This document shows, one piece after another, positions 22,165 to 31,036 of a stretch of DNA of 64,000 nt. The DNA comes from Escherichia phage vB_Eco_F25. How positions within the stretch are numbered: position 1 is the stretch's first letter; every line of letters starts with the position of its first letter. The position numbers and the translations under genes are program-made. The DNA is taken from the sequence record OP870144.1; one strand, written 5' to 3'. The notes under the pieces are model-generated. The model ran no database searches. It had not been told where the DNA came from and was given only the letters and a program-made list of their open reading frames with translations.

Positions 22165-23259
22165 ATGGCAATTGTTAAAGAAATAACTACTGATTTAATT
22201 AAAAAGTCCGGTGAGAAAATTTCAGCCGGACAGAGCACTAAATCAGAAGTAGTAACTAAAACATACACTGCCCAGTTTCCAACTGGGCGTGCTAGTGGTA
22301 ATGACACTACAGGGGACTTCCAGGTAACAGATCTATATAAGAATGGATTATTATTTACTGCATACAATATGTCATCTAGGGATTCTGGAAGTCTTAGATC
22401 GATGAGATCTAACTACTCTTCTTCATCTTCGAGTATTTTAAGTACAGCTAGAAACACTATTAGTAGTACAGTATCAAAATTATCAAATGGATTAATATCA
22501 AATAATAATTCAGGAACAATAAGTAAAGCTCCTGTCGCAAACATTCTTTTACCGAGATCTAAATCTGATGTTGACACATCATCACATAGATTTAATGATG
22601 TTCAAGAAAGCCTTATCAGTAGAGGCGGAGGTACTGCTACTGGTGTGCTAAGTAATGTTGCTTCAACCGCAGTATTTGGGGCACTGGAAAGTATAACACA
22701 AGGTATAATGGCTGATAATAATGAACAGATTTATACGACAGCCAGAAGTATGTATGGTGGTGCTGAAAATAGAACTAAAGTGTTTACATGGGATTTGACT
22801 CCACGTTCAACAGAAGATTTAATGGCTATTATTAATATCTATCAATATTTTAACTATTTTTCTTATGGTGAAACAGGTAAATCTCAATATGCTGCTGAAA
22901 TAAAGGGGTATTTAGATGATTGGTATCGTTCTACGTTAATTGAACCTTTATCTCCGGAAGACGCAGCTAAAAATAAAACACTATTTGAGAAAATGACAGC
23001 AAGTTTAACGAACGTTCTAGTAGTTTCAAACCCGACAGTTTGGATGGTGAAAAACTTTGGCGCAACATCTAAGTTTGATGGAAAAACGGAAATATTTGGT
23101 CCATGCCAAATACAGAGCATTAGATTTGATAAAACACCTAATGGTAACTTTAACGGATTAGCTATTGCTCCAAACCTCCCTAGTACATTTACTCTCGAGA
23201 TTACTATGAGAGAAATTATCACGTTAAACCGTGCTTCTTTATATGCGGGGACTTTTTAA
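22165..23259 (+). CDS. 48: baseplate tail-tube junction protein gp48
   Basis: 364-aa ORF; T4 gp48 length and position. Confidence 0.9.
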   Translation: MAIVKEITTDLIKKSGEKISAGQSTKSEVVTKTYTAQFPTGRASGNDTTGDFQVTDLYKNGLLFTAYNMSSRDSGSLRSMRSNYSSSSSSILSTARNTISSTVSKLSNGLISNNNSGTISKAPVANILLPRSKSDVDTSSHRFNDVQESLISRGGGTATGVLSNVASTAVFGALESITQGIMADNNEQIYTTARSMYGGAENRTKVFTWDLTPRSTEDLMAIINIYQYFNYFSYGETGKSQYAAEIKGYLDDWYRSTLIEPLSPEDAAKNKTLFEKMTASLTNVLVVSNPTVWMVKNFGATSKFDGKTEIFGPCQIQSIRFDKTPNGNFNGLAIAPNLPSTFTLEITMREIITLNRASLYAGTF

Positions 23260-24224
23260 TGTATTCTTTAGAGGAATTTAATAATCAAGCAATAAACGCA
23301 GATTTCCAACGTAATAATATGTTTAGCTGCGTTTTTGCAACAACTCCATCAACTAAAAGCTCTTCGTTGATAAGTTCAATTAGCAACTTTTCTTATAATA
23401 ACTTGGGCCTAAATTCAAATTGGTTAGGATTAACTCAAGGTGATATTAATCAGGGAATTACCACGCTAATTACAGCTGGCACACAAAAACTAATAAGAAA
23501 ATCAGGAGTCAGTAAATATCTTATTGGTGCCATGAGTCAACGTACTGTCCAGAGTTTATTAGGCTCATTTACAGTTGGTACATATTTAATTGACTTCTTT
23601 AACATGGCATATAACTCATCTGGATTGATGATATACTCTGTAAAAATGCCAGAGAATAGATTATCCTATGAAACTGACTGGAACTATAATTCTCCTAATA
23701 TTCGTATAACTGGGAGAGAATTAGACCCTTTGGTTATTTCATTTAGAATGGATTCAGAAGCTTGTAACTATCGTGCAATGCAAGACTGGGTTAACTCCGT
23801 TCAAGACCCAGTAACTGGATTACGTGCTTTGCCACAAGATGTCGAGGCAGATATTCAGGTTAATCTTCATTCTCGTAATGGATTGCCTCATACTGCGGTG
23901 ATGTTCACCGGATGCATTCCAATATCAGTGAGCGCTCCTGAGTTATCATATGATGGAGATAACCAAATAACTACATTTGATGTTACTTTTGCGTATAGAG
24001 TGATGCAGGCTGGAGCAGTTGATAGACAAGCTGCGCTTGAATGGCTTGAATCTGCTACTATAAATGGTATTCAAAGCGTTCTCGGAAATAGTGGAGGTGT
24101 TACTGGACTATCTAATTCGCTTTCACGACTCAGTAGATTAGGTGGAACTGCAGGAAGCATTTCAAACATTAATACTATGACAGGAATTGTCAATTCGCAA
24201 AGTAAAATATTAGGAGCAATATAA
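23259..24224 (+). CDS. 54: baseplate tail-tube initiator gp54
   Basis: 321-aa ORF overlapping gene 48 stop; T4 gp54. Confidence 0.9.
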   Translation: MYSLEEFNNQAINADFQRNNMFSCVFATTPSTKSSSLISSISNFSYNNLGLNSNWLGLTQGDINQGITTLITAGTQKLIRKSGVSKYLIGAMSQRTVQSLLGSFTVGTYLIDFFNMAYNSSGLMIYSVKMPENRLSYETDWNYNSPNIRITGRELDPLVISFRMDSEACNYRAMQDWVNSVQDPVTGLRALPQDVEADIQVNLHSRNGLPHTAVMFTGCIPISVSAPELSYDGDNQITTFDVTFAYRVMQAGAVDRQAALEWLESATINGIQSVLGNSGGVTGLSNSLSRLSRLGGTAGSISNINTMTGIVNSQSKILGAI

Positions 24225-24226
24225 CA

Positions 24227-24248
24227 ATGGGGACCGAAAGGTCCCCAT
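24227..24248. terminator. bidirectional hairpin terminator between convergent genes 54 and alt.-3
   Basis: ATGGGGACC-GAAA-GGTCCCCAT followed by ATTTTTATTT. Confidence 0.75.
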
Positions 24249-24252
24249 ATTT

Positions 24253-24543
24253 TTATTTACGGAATGAAATGAAAGCAGCAACTGAAGCAACTAAACTGTC
24301 TTCAATATAAACTTCAATTTTTACCGGAGCTTCTGACTCAAATTTACCTGTTACTACACCCTGAAAAATACTTTCAGTCTGTTCTGGCTTTGAAAAATTT
24401 TCAGAAGGAAAAATTCCAAATTTTTTATCTGTTCCGAAAATTTTGATAAATTCATCATAAACTGCTTCATTAAAAGCGTTATCAGCAGGAATAACGCCTT
24501 CAACTACAAGTTCTTGACCTAAAAAGCGTAAAGAAGATTTCAT
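24253..24543 (-). CDS. alt.-3: hypothetical protein (T4 alt.-3 position)
   Basis: 96-aa ORF with AGGA SD, immediately downstream of an early promoter cassette. Confidence 0.6.
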   Translation of the reverse strand: MKSSLRFLGQELVVEGVIPADNAFNEAVYDEFIKIFGTDKKFGIFPSENFSKPEQTESIFQGVVTGKFESEAPVKIEVYIEDSLVASVAAFISFRK

Positions 24544-24551
24544 TTTGTGTT

Positions 24552-24604
24552 CCTCATGTTATGTTAGTAAGACTACTATAACACAACACGAGGGACTTGT
24601 AAAC
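24552..24604 (-). promoter_or_regulatory. early promoter/stem-loop cassette (PeSL-like), copy 1, upstream of alt.-3
   Basis: Minus strand: TTTACA-17 nt-TATAGT with 9-bp inverted repeat flanking the -10, then AGGA SD; 51/53 identical to copy at 38284-38336. Confidence 0.7.
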
Positions 24605-24778
24605 TACATTTTGAACTTTTAGTACGCGTAATAGGCATGCGTCGATTTTATACTGTTTCATTGTTTGAAGAGCAGTATCAAAAACAGCATTAATGACACC
24701 AATTGGATTTCCACCCAAGTTTTTAAGCTTAACTAATGATAGTTTCTCATTAACACCTATCATTACGATATGCATCAT
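24554..24778 (-). pseudogene. alt.-2: alt-like fragment, second half of a frameshifted partial duplicate of the alt 5' end
   Basis: 74-aa ORF; first ~50 aa align with Alt residues ~64-115 (MMHIV...QTM[RK]QYKIDAC[ML]LR[IV]LK), then runs into promoter cassette. Confidence 0.5.
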
Positions 24779-24960
24779 TTTGTCGCCTGGTTTAACGTTT
24801 TATCTGTATCACCGCCAGAGGTGTATGTACAAAATCTAAATCCAGGAAGCACGCTTTCTTCGCCGGCTTGAATAGCAAAAATTTGTGGTATTTTATGCTT
24901 AGGATTTAAGTTAACAACCGGCGCCGAAGCGCCGTCAAATAATTCTGTAATAAGTTCCAT
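24775..24960 (-). pseudogene. alt.-1: alt-like fragment, first half of a frameshifted partial duplicate of the alt 5' end
   Basis: 61-aa ORF aligning with Alt residues 2-62 (MELITELFD...CTYTSGGDT); ends at TGA overlapping alt.-2 ATG. Confidence 0.5.
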
Positions 24961-24963
24961 GAT

Positions 24964-27054
24964 TTATCCTTGAACGAACTTGTAAGGCATGTTTGCAATA
25001 TCTATGCAAGACGCAATAATTCCAAGAGATGATTCTACTTTCTGTTTAACATTTGATGAAACAAATGATGCAAAGTCAACTCTATCTTCTATATCACCTG
25101 TCATTGTAACCAATTCACCAGTTTCCATTAAATGGTCTCCGTCATAGATTACCGATTCGGTGAGTTCTTCTGTGGTCATAACTTCAGCTTGAATGAGTTT
25201 TGTATTATTAGATGTTGTTCCGTCATTATTAGAAGCATCAGTTATTTTATTAACTTTGACCATCAATCCGCGCGGTAGAATAACTTCAGCTTCTGTTGCT
25301 ATTCCGAGACTTCCTGGATATACAACATTAACTTTATGAGCTCCATCAATTGCCCATCCTATTTGAACTTTAACGTATTCAGGATTTTCTTTATACGCTC
25401 TTATTTCGCTTGGATTAATAGTTATTCCTTCTTCATTTTTATCAACTGTCAATTCATTACGAGCTTCTGGTTCTAAAAGACCAATACCAGCATGTGTAAT
25501 TCCAAAACGTCCAAAAATGATAGGAGTTAAAGAAGTAGATACAAAATTTCTGAAATAGAACACTTTATTTTTAACTAGTGCTTCGTATATAGGAGCAGTC
25601 ATGCTTTGAGCACGATAAACTGTAATGCCTTCTGGTATACGGTCACCATTTTCAAAAGCTGAATCTAAGTTATTTATAGCAGATTCAATTTCTTTTTCAC
25701 TCATTACATCATATCGTTCTGGATTGTAACGACCCAAAAGAAGATTATTGATGTCAGTATATCCTGAACCACAATACTCTCTAATGCCGCGCTTTTGTGA
25801 TGGAGTATATTTAGAACCATCACGGGCAATAGTAATATCAATCATTGGACCTGCACCAATTCCAGAAAAACTGTAAATCATTCGTTTGAGGAATTTAGTT
25901 TTTGCTGCGTTCCAGGAATTTTTAGTTATTTCTTCCCAGACTTCATCTGGTTGTCCTTTACGATTTTTATTATGATTAGCAAGCCATTTATCTTTATAAT
26001 CTTCAAAGAATTGATTTACAGCTGCTGCGTATTTCTCTAAACATTTTATTGAAGTAGTTGGTTCATTTTTAATTGCATTAAAAATTACTTCTTTAATTTT
26101 TTCTGAAACTTCATTAACCTCACTTTTTGAAAAGAATTTATAGTCATAGTGAAGTTCATCTGCGGTTCCTTCGGCAATAATTTTTGCTGCCTTAGTTTTA
26201 GAAGCTAATGAATTAATTCCAAGCTTCATTTCTTCTGCTTCGGGAATTAAAGGAGCTGTAGCAGGTTTATTGAAATTAGCTGCGGTAGATTCATATTTCT
26301 GGAATAATTCGCTTTCAAATCTAGAAGATTCTAATGACTGACTTTGCGCAATTGCTCTACGGGAAATTTTAACTTTAACGATTACAGCTTGGTCAGAACG
26401 TTTATCATTTTCTTGTGCAATAGATGCTGCAATTGCCTCATTTTTAGTTACTTGGGCTCCAGTATCTTTATTGATATAAACATCACCGACTTTTGATTCA
26501 ACTTTAGTAAAGAGCTCGGTACTAATTTCCGGAACTCCTGGAATGTCTTCTAGTGATACATTTTTGCGATGTATAAGAATATATGCGTACTTTTTATCAT
26601 AATCCCAGAGTTCCTTAAGAAGGACGTATCTACCACCTGAACGACTACGGATAAGTCTATCAGCAATAACTTGAATTTGTCGAGCTTGGCCAGCAGTTTT
26701 AGACTTAAGAATACGAAGCATACAAGCATCAATTTTATATTGACGCATTGTTTGCATTGCAACAGTAAAAACTGAATTGATATAATTAATTGGGCTTGGA
26801 CCAAGACCTTTTAATTTAGCAATTGAACCTTTAGCAGTTAATGTAAAAGGAACAATATGCATCATTTTATCGCCCATCTTTAAATCGCGATTAGTATCAC
26901 CTCCAGATGTATAGGTACATAAACGAAAGCCTGGTTGTTCAATTGCATCATCAACATGAACTGAAAAAATTTGTGGTATTTTCTTCTTTGGATTTAAGTT
27001 TGTAATCGGAAGAGTAGTATCTTCGTCAAATAATTCTGTAATGAGTTCCATCAT
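24964..27054 (-). CDS. alt: Alt ADP-ribosyltransferase (packaged, modifies host RNA polymerase)
   Basis: 696-aa ORF (two adjacent ATGs at start); C-terminal half carries R/S-T-S/E-x-E ART-like motifs; TATAAATA late promoter upstream. Confidence 0.9.
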   Translation of the reverse strand: MMELITELFDEDTTLPITNLNPKKKIPQIFSVHVDDAIEQPGFRLCTYTSGGDTNRDLKMGDKMMHIVPFTLTAKGSIAKLKGLGPSPINYINSVFTVAMQTMRQYKIDACMLRILKSKTAGQARQIQVIADRLIRSRSGGRYVLLKELWDYDKKYAYILIHRKNVSLEDIPGVPEISTELFTKVESKVGDVYINKDTGAQVTKNEAIAASIAQENDKRSDQAVIVKVKISRRAIAQSQSLESSRFESELFQKYESTAANFNKPATAPLIPEAEEMKLGINSLASKTKAAKIIAEGTADELHYDYKFFSKSEVNEVSEKIKEVIFNAIKNEPTTSIKCLEKYAAAVNQFFEDYKDKWLANHNKNRKGQPDEVWEEITKNSWNAAKTKFLKRMIYSFSGIGAGPMIDITIARDGSKYTPSQKRGIREYCGSGYTDINNLLLGRYNPERYDVMSEKEIESAINNLDSAFENGDRIPEGITVYRAQSMTAPIYEALVKNKVFYFRNFVSTSLTPIIFGRFGITHAGIGLLEPEARNELTVDKNEEGITINPSEIRAYKENPEYVKVQIGWAIDGAHKVNVVYPGSLGIATEAEVILPRGLMVKVNKITDASNNDGTTSNNTKLIQAEVMTTEELTESVIYDGDHLMETGELVTMTGDIEDRVDFASFVSSNVKQKVESSLGIIASCIDIANMPYKFVQG

Positions 27055-27074
27055 ATCCTCTCTAGTGTTTATTC

Positions 27075-27082
27075 TATTTATA
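27075..27082 (-). promoter_or_regulatory. late promoter TATAAATA for alt
   Basis: Minus-strand TATAAATA 21 nt upstream of alt ATG, just after hairpin terminator. Confidence 0.65.
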
Positions 27083-27087
27083 AAATT

Positions 27088-27105
27088 AAAGGCCCGAAGG
27101 CCTTT
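27088..27105 (-). terminator. hairpin terminator upstream of alt late promoter
   Basis: AAAGGCC-CGAA-GGCCTTT; on minus strand followed by AATTTTATAAATAG. Confidence 0.6.
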
Positions 27106-27292
27106 AGTAATCTAGTGGTAAGAGAGTACGATATATTTCAAACTTTGGTCCTTTTTCATAGGCATCAAATGTTTCTGTAAATTTATTATAAGCGTATGCA
27201 TCTACAAATTCGAGAATGACTTGTGATACAGAAGTAGAAACATCTCCACCTTCTTTTTGAGCAATGACAATTGTTTCTAAGTAAGCTTTCAT
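27104..27292 (-). CDS. hypothetical small protein between gene 30 and alt
   Basis: 62-aa ORF, start overlaps ligase stop; no recognised motif. Confidence 0.5.
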   Translation of the reverse strand: MKAYLETIVIAQKEGGDVSTSVSQVILEFVDAYAYNKFTETFDAYEKGPKFEIYRTLLPLDY

Positions 27293-28752
27293 AGACCAGT
27301 TACCTCATGAAAATCACCAAATACATCCTCGAATGTATTAGCTTTAGTTTTATCTTCACGTAAACGAATCGCAATCGGAAGAAATAATTTAACGTAATCA
27401 GTACGTCCATCTAATTTTACCCAGCCGTTGCATTCGCACTCTAGAATTTTTCCAATATAATAATTTTGGTTTTCCATAATGCGAGTACGGTCAAGTTCAT
27501 GCGATTTTACGCCGGCTTTATCTTTTAAGCCTGAACCAGCATTTACTTTAATTTTTCCACACTCTGACTCAAGAATAAATCCACCTGCTTTAGTAGGGTC
27601 TTTACGGTGAGGATAAATTCCTACAATTTTTAAATCAACATCAATTACTTCTTTAAATTTATAAAGATTTTTTGAACGAGCATTTTCCCATAATCCATCG
27701 ATATTTTTGAGAATAATACCTTCAAGACCTTGGTCAATATACTTTTTGTAAATTACCTTAGCTTCATCTAGGTTATTTACTACTTGGTTTTCAATTAAAA
27801 TTACTTTATCATAGCCTGATGTCATTTGTTCTAGTTTAGAAAAACGTACATCATATTTTAAACGAAACGCCGGAAGACCGTATATTTCTACCAACGGAAC
27901 ATAATCCCAGACCTGAAACTTCATGCATTGAGCTTCTTTTTCTGAAATAGTTCCCTTTAAAGATTTATTAGCGATTCCATTAGAAGTAGTACGTGATTCA
28001 GCTACTTCGGCGAATTCTTTAGCTTTACTAATTTCAGGATAAGCATCAAAAAGAAAATCTAGGCCTTCTGGCTCCTTTTCAACTTGCTCATGGTATACCA
28101 ATTCGCCATCAATTAACACACCTTCTGGATGAATCTGGCGAGCTTCTGCAGTCATTTTGATTAACTCTTCTTTGAGAAGATCTAATCCTAGATATTCATT
28201 ACCAGCTCGTGATAAAAGACGAACATCATCTAATTCATCACCTCTGACTTCAGCAAAGCACCGAGCTCCATCAGCTTTTAATTGGGCAAAGGCTGGAAAT
28301 TTGATATTCTTATTAATGCCTTTTTCATCATAAGAACTTGCCAGCATTTGAGGTTGTTCAGGAATTAAACCTGGCCAAACTTTGTTTGCAATAGATACTG
28401 ATGCACCACATTCAAGGTCTCGCATCATCACCCGACGCAAAACTTCAACATCATCTTTTTTACCGTCAGCAATATATCCAGTTAATTCCTCAATTGCCGC
28501 ATTTCCGGTCAATTTCCGAGTAGCTAACGTGAATTCAATGAAGTCAAGCATATCGGTAAGAGTCAACATTCCAAAACTCTGGGTAGCAATACCAGGTTTA
28601 GGCCATTTCTTGATATAATACTGTAACCCACGAGAATAAGTCAGACGATATACTCGTTTAAGCAATTCATTATCTTTATTCTTTTCAAGAATTGCTTGCT
28701 TCTGCTTAGTTGAACCAATAGATGCTATTTCGTTCAGAATTTTAAGAATCAT
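27289..28752 (-). CDS. 30: ATP-dependent DNA ligase gp30
   Basis: 487-aa ORF with adenylation motif KADGAR; T4 DNA ligase length and sequence. Confidence 0.95.
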   Translation of the reverse strand: MILKILNEIASIGSTKQKQAILEKNKDNELLKRVYRLTYSRGLQYYIKKWPKPGIATQSFGMLTLTDMLDFIEFTLATRKLTGNAAIEELTGYIADGKKDDVEVLRRVMMRDLECGASVSIANKVWPGLIPEQPQMLASSYDEKGINKNIKFPAFAQLKADGARCFAEVRGDELDDVRLLSRAGNEYLGLDLLKEELIKMTAEARQIHPEGVLIDGELVYHEQVEKEPEGLDFLFDAYPEISKAKEFAEVAESRTTSNGIANKSLKGTISEKEAQCMKFQVWDYVPLVEIYGLPAFRLKYDVRFSKLEQMTSGYDKVILIENQVVNNLDEAKVIYKKYIDQGLEGIILKNIDGLWENARSKNLYKFKEVIDVDLKIVGIYPHRKDPTKAGGFILESECGKIKVNAGSGLKDKAGVKSHELDRTRIMENQNYYIGKILECECNGWVKLDGRTDYVKLFLPIAIRLREDKTKANTFEDVFGDFHEVTGL

Positions 28753-29018
28753 TGTTCATCCTTTAGAGTTTGGTTTACAGCTCTATTATAAATCAATTCA
28801 TCATTAAGCTCAGTCAAAGACCTATGGTACGTGGTTCTAACTTTATTTCCTTGCATCCAGTGCTTGACGTAAATAAAACCTTGCTCTACACATTTTTTAA
28901 AAATTCGTTCGTCTTTTTGAGCTCGGAATTCTGGATTGCATCTAAAAAATTGATTTACGTGACCGTAATCACGTGTAGTATTACCTTCATTTTCATAAAT
29001 AGTGTGAACGACAAACAT
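28749..29018 (-). CDS. 30.1: hypothetical protein (T4 30.1 position)
   Basis: 89-aa ORF co-oriented, overlapping stops/starts. Confidence 0.6.
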   Translation of the reverse strand: MFVVHTIYENEGNTTRDYGHVNQFFRCNPEFRAQKDERIFKKCVEQGFIYVKHWMQGNKVRTTYHRSLTELNDELIYNRAVNQTLKDEQ

Positions 29019-29860
29019 TAGAATGCTCCTTGGAAAATATTATCACCACTAGTAGGTCTATTATACAAATACTCTATGCCACCAGGTTTAATATAGTTCC
29101 ATGTATGAAATGGATGCACATGATATGGATGTGTATAATATGGATGGTATGGATTTAATCCAGGAGTTCTCCAGGTAGTATTCCAACGAAAAGAATCGTT
29201 TTTAATCATCTTTTCAATTACATCTTTTATAGCTTTTTCACTATCAAAACTTTCTTTATTTTCCTTCGATGGAAAAAGCTTATTCTCTACATCATTCCAT
29301 GTATAAACTCGCTGAGCGGTTTTTGGAATACTGTCACGCTCCCCTCGAGCCATCCAATAAACAGGAACATTTAATATTTCACTCGCATGATCGCAGTGGT
29401 GAGCGAGATCGTCAATATAACAAATTACGTTATATTTCTCTTTTGCCTTTTTGAACAACTCTTCTTTTGAAGAATCATGACCACACATCAATACTTCTGA
29501 GAAGGCACCAGGAAAAAGAGCATTCAAATTAAATTGACGATTCAGCAGAGCGTCAATAGAATCACCCAATGCTGTAACAGCTACAAAATTATAATCTTCT
29601 TTTAATTTGTTAATTACGCACAGGGCATCTTTATATGGAGACAAATAGCGAATAAAATCTGAACGATTATACTTTTCGATTAATTTAACACCGAGTTCTT
29701 CATCGCAATTAAAGAGCTTACCAGGAGAAATAAATTTTTCGTCCTGAATCATTTTTAAAATATGTTCCAACGGAAGATTATATTTTTGGGCAAAATAAGG
29801 AAGGCCCGATTGCCAGCTTAAACACACCCCGTCAATATCAGTCAAAATAGTAGGCTTCAT
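29018..29860 (-). CDS. 30.2: HAD-superfamily-like hydrolase with His/Tyr/Pro-rich C-terminal tail (T4 30.2 position)
   Basis: 280-aa ORF; N-terminal DIDGV motif typical of HAD phosphatases; C-terminal PYHPYYTHPYHVHPFH. Confidence 0.65.
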   Translation of the reverse strand: MKPTILTDIDGVCLSWQSGLPYFAQKYNLPLEHILKMIQDEKFISPGKLFNCDEELGVKLIEKYNRSDFIRYLSPYKDALCVINKLKEDYNFVAVTALGDSIDALLNRQFNLNALFPGAFSEVLMCGHDSSKEELFKKAKEKYNVICYIDDLAHHCDHASEILNVPVYWMARGERDSIPKTAQRVYTWNDVENKLFPSKENKESFDSEKAIKDVIEKMIKNDSFRWNTTWRTPGLNPYHPYYTHPYHVHPFHTWNYIKPGGIEYLYNRPTSGDNIFQGAF

Positions 29861-30321
29861 AGAGAGTCTCTTAATAGGTTTAACACATCAATAAATTCAG
29901 CTTCGGTTAGTATTGTATCATCTTTTGTTAGACCACTAGCCATGCTGTGCTTCAAAACTTTTCCTTTCGAGGCTTGTAATGCATCACGAAAACCCCTGTT
30001 TTGGATCGCTGCTTCAAAATATGCATTTGTGTATAATTCTTTCCATGCTGGAGAGTATCTTGAAAATGGAACTCCAAGCCAGAACAACGTGCCACGGTCC
30101 TGAGCTCTAGCATAAGACCTTCCAGCTTGTTGGGCGGCAAGCCCGGATAACCCAAATATACGTCTTTGCTGTTCAACATTTTTCACCTTACATCCTTGGA
30201 GGAATCCTTCGAGACCTCCAAATTGGATACCATCCATAACAAAAGGCCATTGGGCGAAATTACTTAATGCACATGATGGCCATCTAAAATTGCTTCTAAT
30301 CTCTAGCTCAGACATTTTCAA
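29857..30321 (-). CDS. 30.3: NADAR/YbiA-like (DUF1768-like) protein (T4 30.3 position)
   Basis: 154-aa ORF; motif LSNFAQWP...DG..F...E.FLQGCK resembles NADAR family signature (recalled, not searched). Confidence 0.6.
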   Translation of the reverse strand: MKMSELEIRSNFRWPSCALSNFAQWPFVMDGIQFGGLEGFLQGCKVKNVEQQRRIFGLSGLAAQQAGRSYARAQDRGTLFWLGVPFSRYSPAWKELYTNAYFEAAIQNRGFRDALQASKGKVLKHSMASGLTKDDTILTEAEFIDVLNLLRDSL

Positions 30322-30514
30322 TACTTATAATTTCAACATCAGCCCAATGACCATAGCAAGGAAGACGAAATTCAATTGGCCAGTTAGGGTCCTTTTCTAA
30401 TATAATAGACTTAACTTGCGGTTCTTCATGTTCATCGGTATACGGACCTTTATATGTTACTTTATATGTGACCTTAATGTACTGAATTCCAAAAATCTTA
30501 TTAATTATATTCAT
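30308..30514 (-). CDS. 30.3': hypothetical small protein (T4 30.3' position)
   Basis: 68-aa ORF overlapping 30.3 end. Confidence 0.5.
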   Translation of the reverse strand: MNIINKIFGIQYIKVTYKVTYKGPYTDEHEEPQVKSIILEKDPNWPIEFRLPCYGHWADVEIISIENV

Positions 30515-30707
30515 ACTAATTCCTTTAATCCATAGATAGGAGATAATTCATCGCCCATACGAAGGTCTTCATTTCCATCTACCCAGGAAACAATATAAGC
30601 CTCTTTTATTTAAATACCACTCCATTTAAATGGAGGTAGAACCTTAGAAATTAATCCAGGTATACCAACTCCCTTTAATTCAACAGTTTGACCTAAAAAG
30701 AATTTCA

Positions 30708-30995
30708 TTAGAACCTCATCTGAAAGCCATGTGATTTAACATTACCGCCGCCAATATCAGAAATATTAATTTCACGCGCAATTGAAGGGTCAATGTCAAT
30801 TTCACGATTGAGTTTAGTGATAGCTAAAGTATCGCGGCCATTTACAGTACGGAACTCTAAAGGGCAGACTATATTAACATAGTTTTTAATCGATTCACTA
30901 GTAGGTTGCAAATGAGCAGGAAGGTCTTTAGGCGCCTTTGAGAAAACCACTTCACAGAAATTTTTACGGGTATCAAAATAAGTAGTCATAAACAT
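30708..30995 (-). CDS. 30.6: hypothetical protein (T4 30.6 position)
   Basis: 95-aa ORF with GAGGAAAA SD. Confidence 0.55.
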   Translation of the reverse strand: MFMTTYFDTRKNFCEVVFSKAPKDLPAHLQPTSESIKNYVNIVCPLEFRTVNGRDTLAITKLNREIDIDPSIAREINISDIGGGNVKSHGFQMRF

Positions 30996-31011
30996 AGTAT
31001 TTTCCTCAGTA

Positions 31012-31027
31012 AGGGGCCGAAGCCCCT
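31012..31027 (-). other. GC hairpin between 30.7 and 30.6
   Basis: AGGGGC-CGAA-GCCCCT without strong U-tract. Confidence 0.45.
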
Positions 31028-31036
31028 CATTTTATT

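Noticed and set aside
30515-30707. Small ORFs of about 32 aa (30610-30708) and 17 aa, plus a 16-bp palindrome CTCCATTTAAATGGAG at 30620-30635
   Set aside because: May correspond to the T4 30.4/30.5 slot but are too short and featureless to call from sequence alone; the palindrome lies inside the putative 32-aa ORF and has no obvious role.
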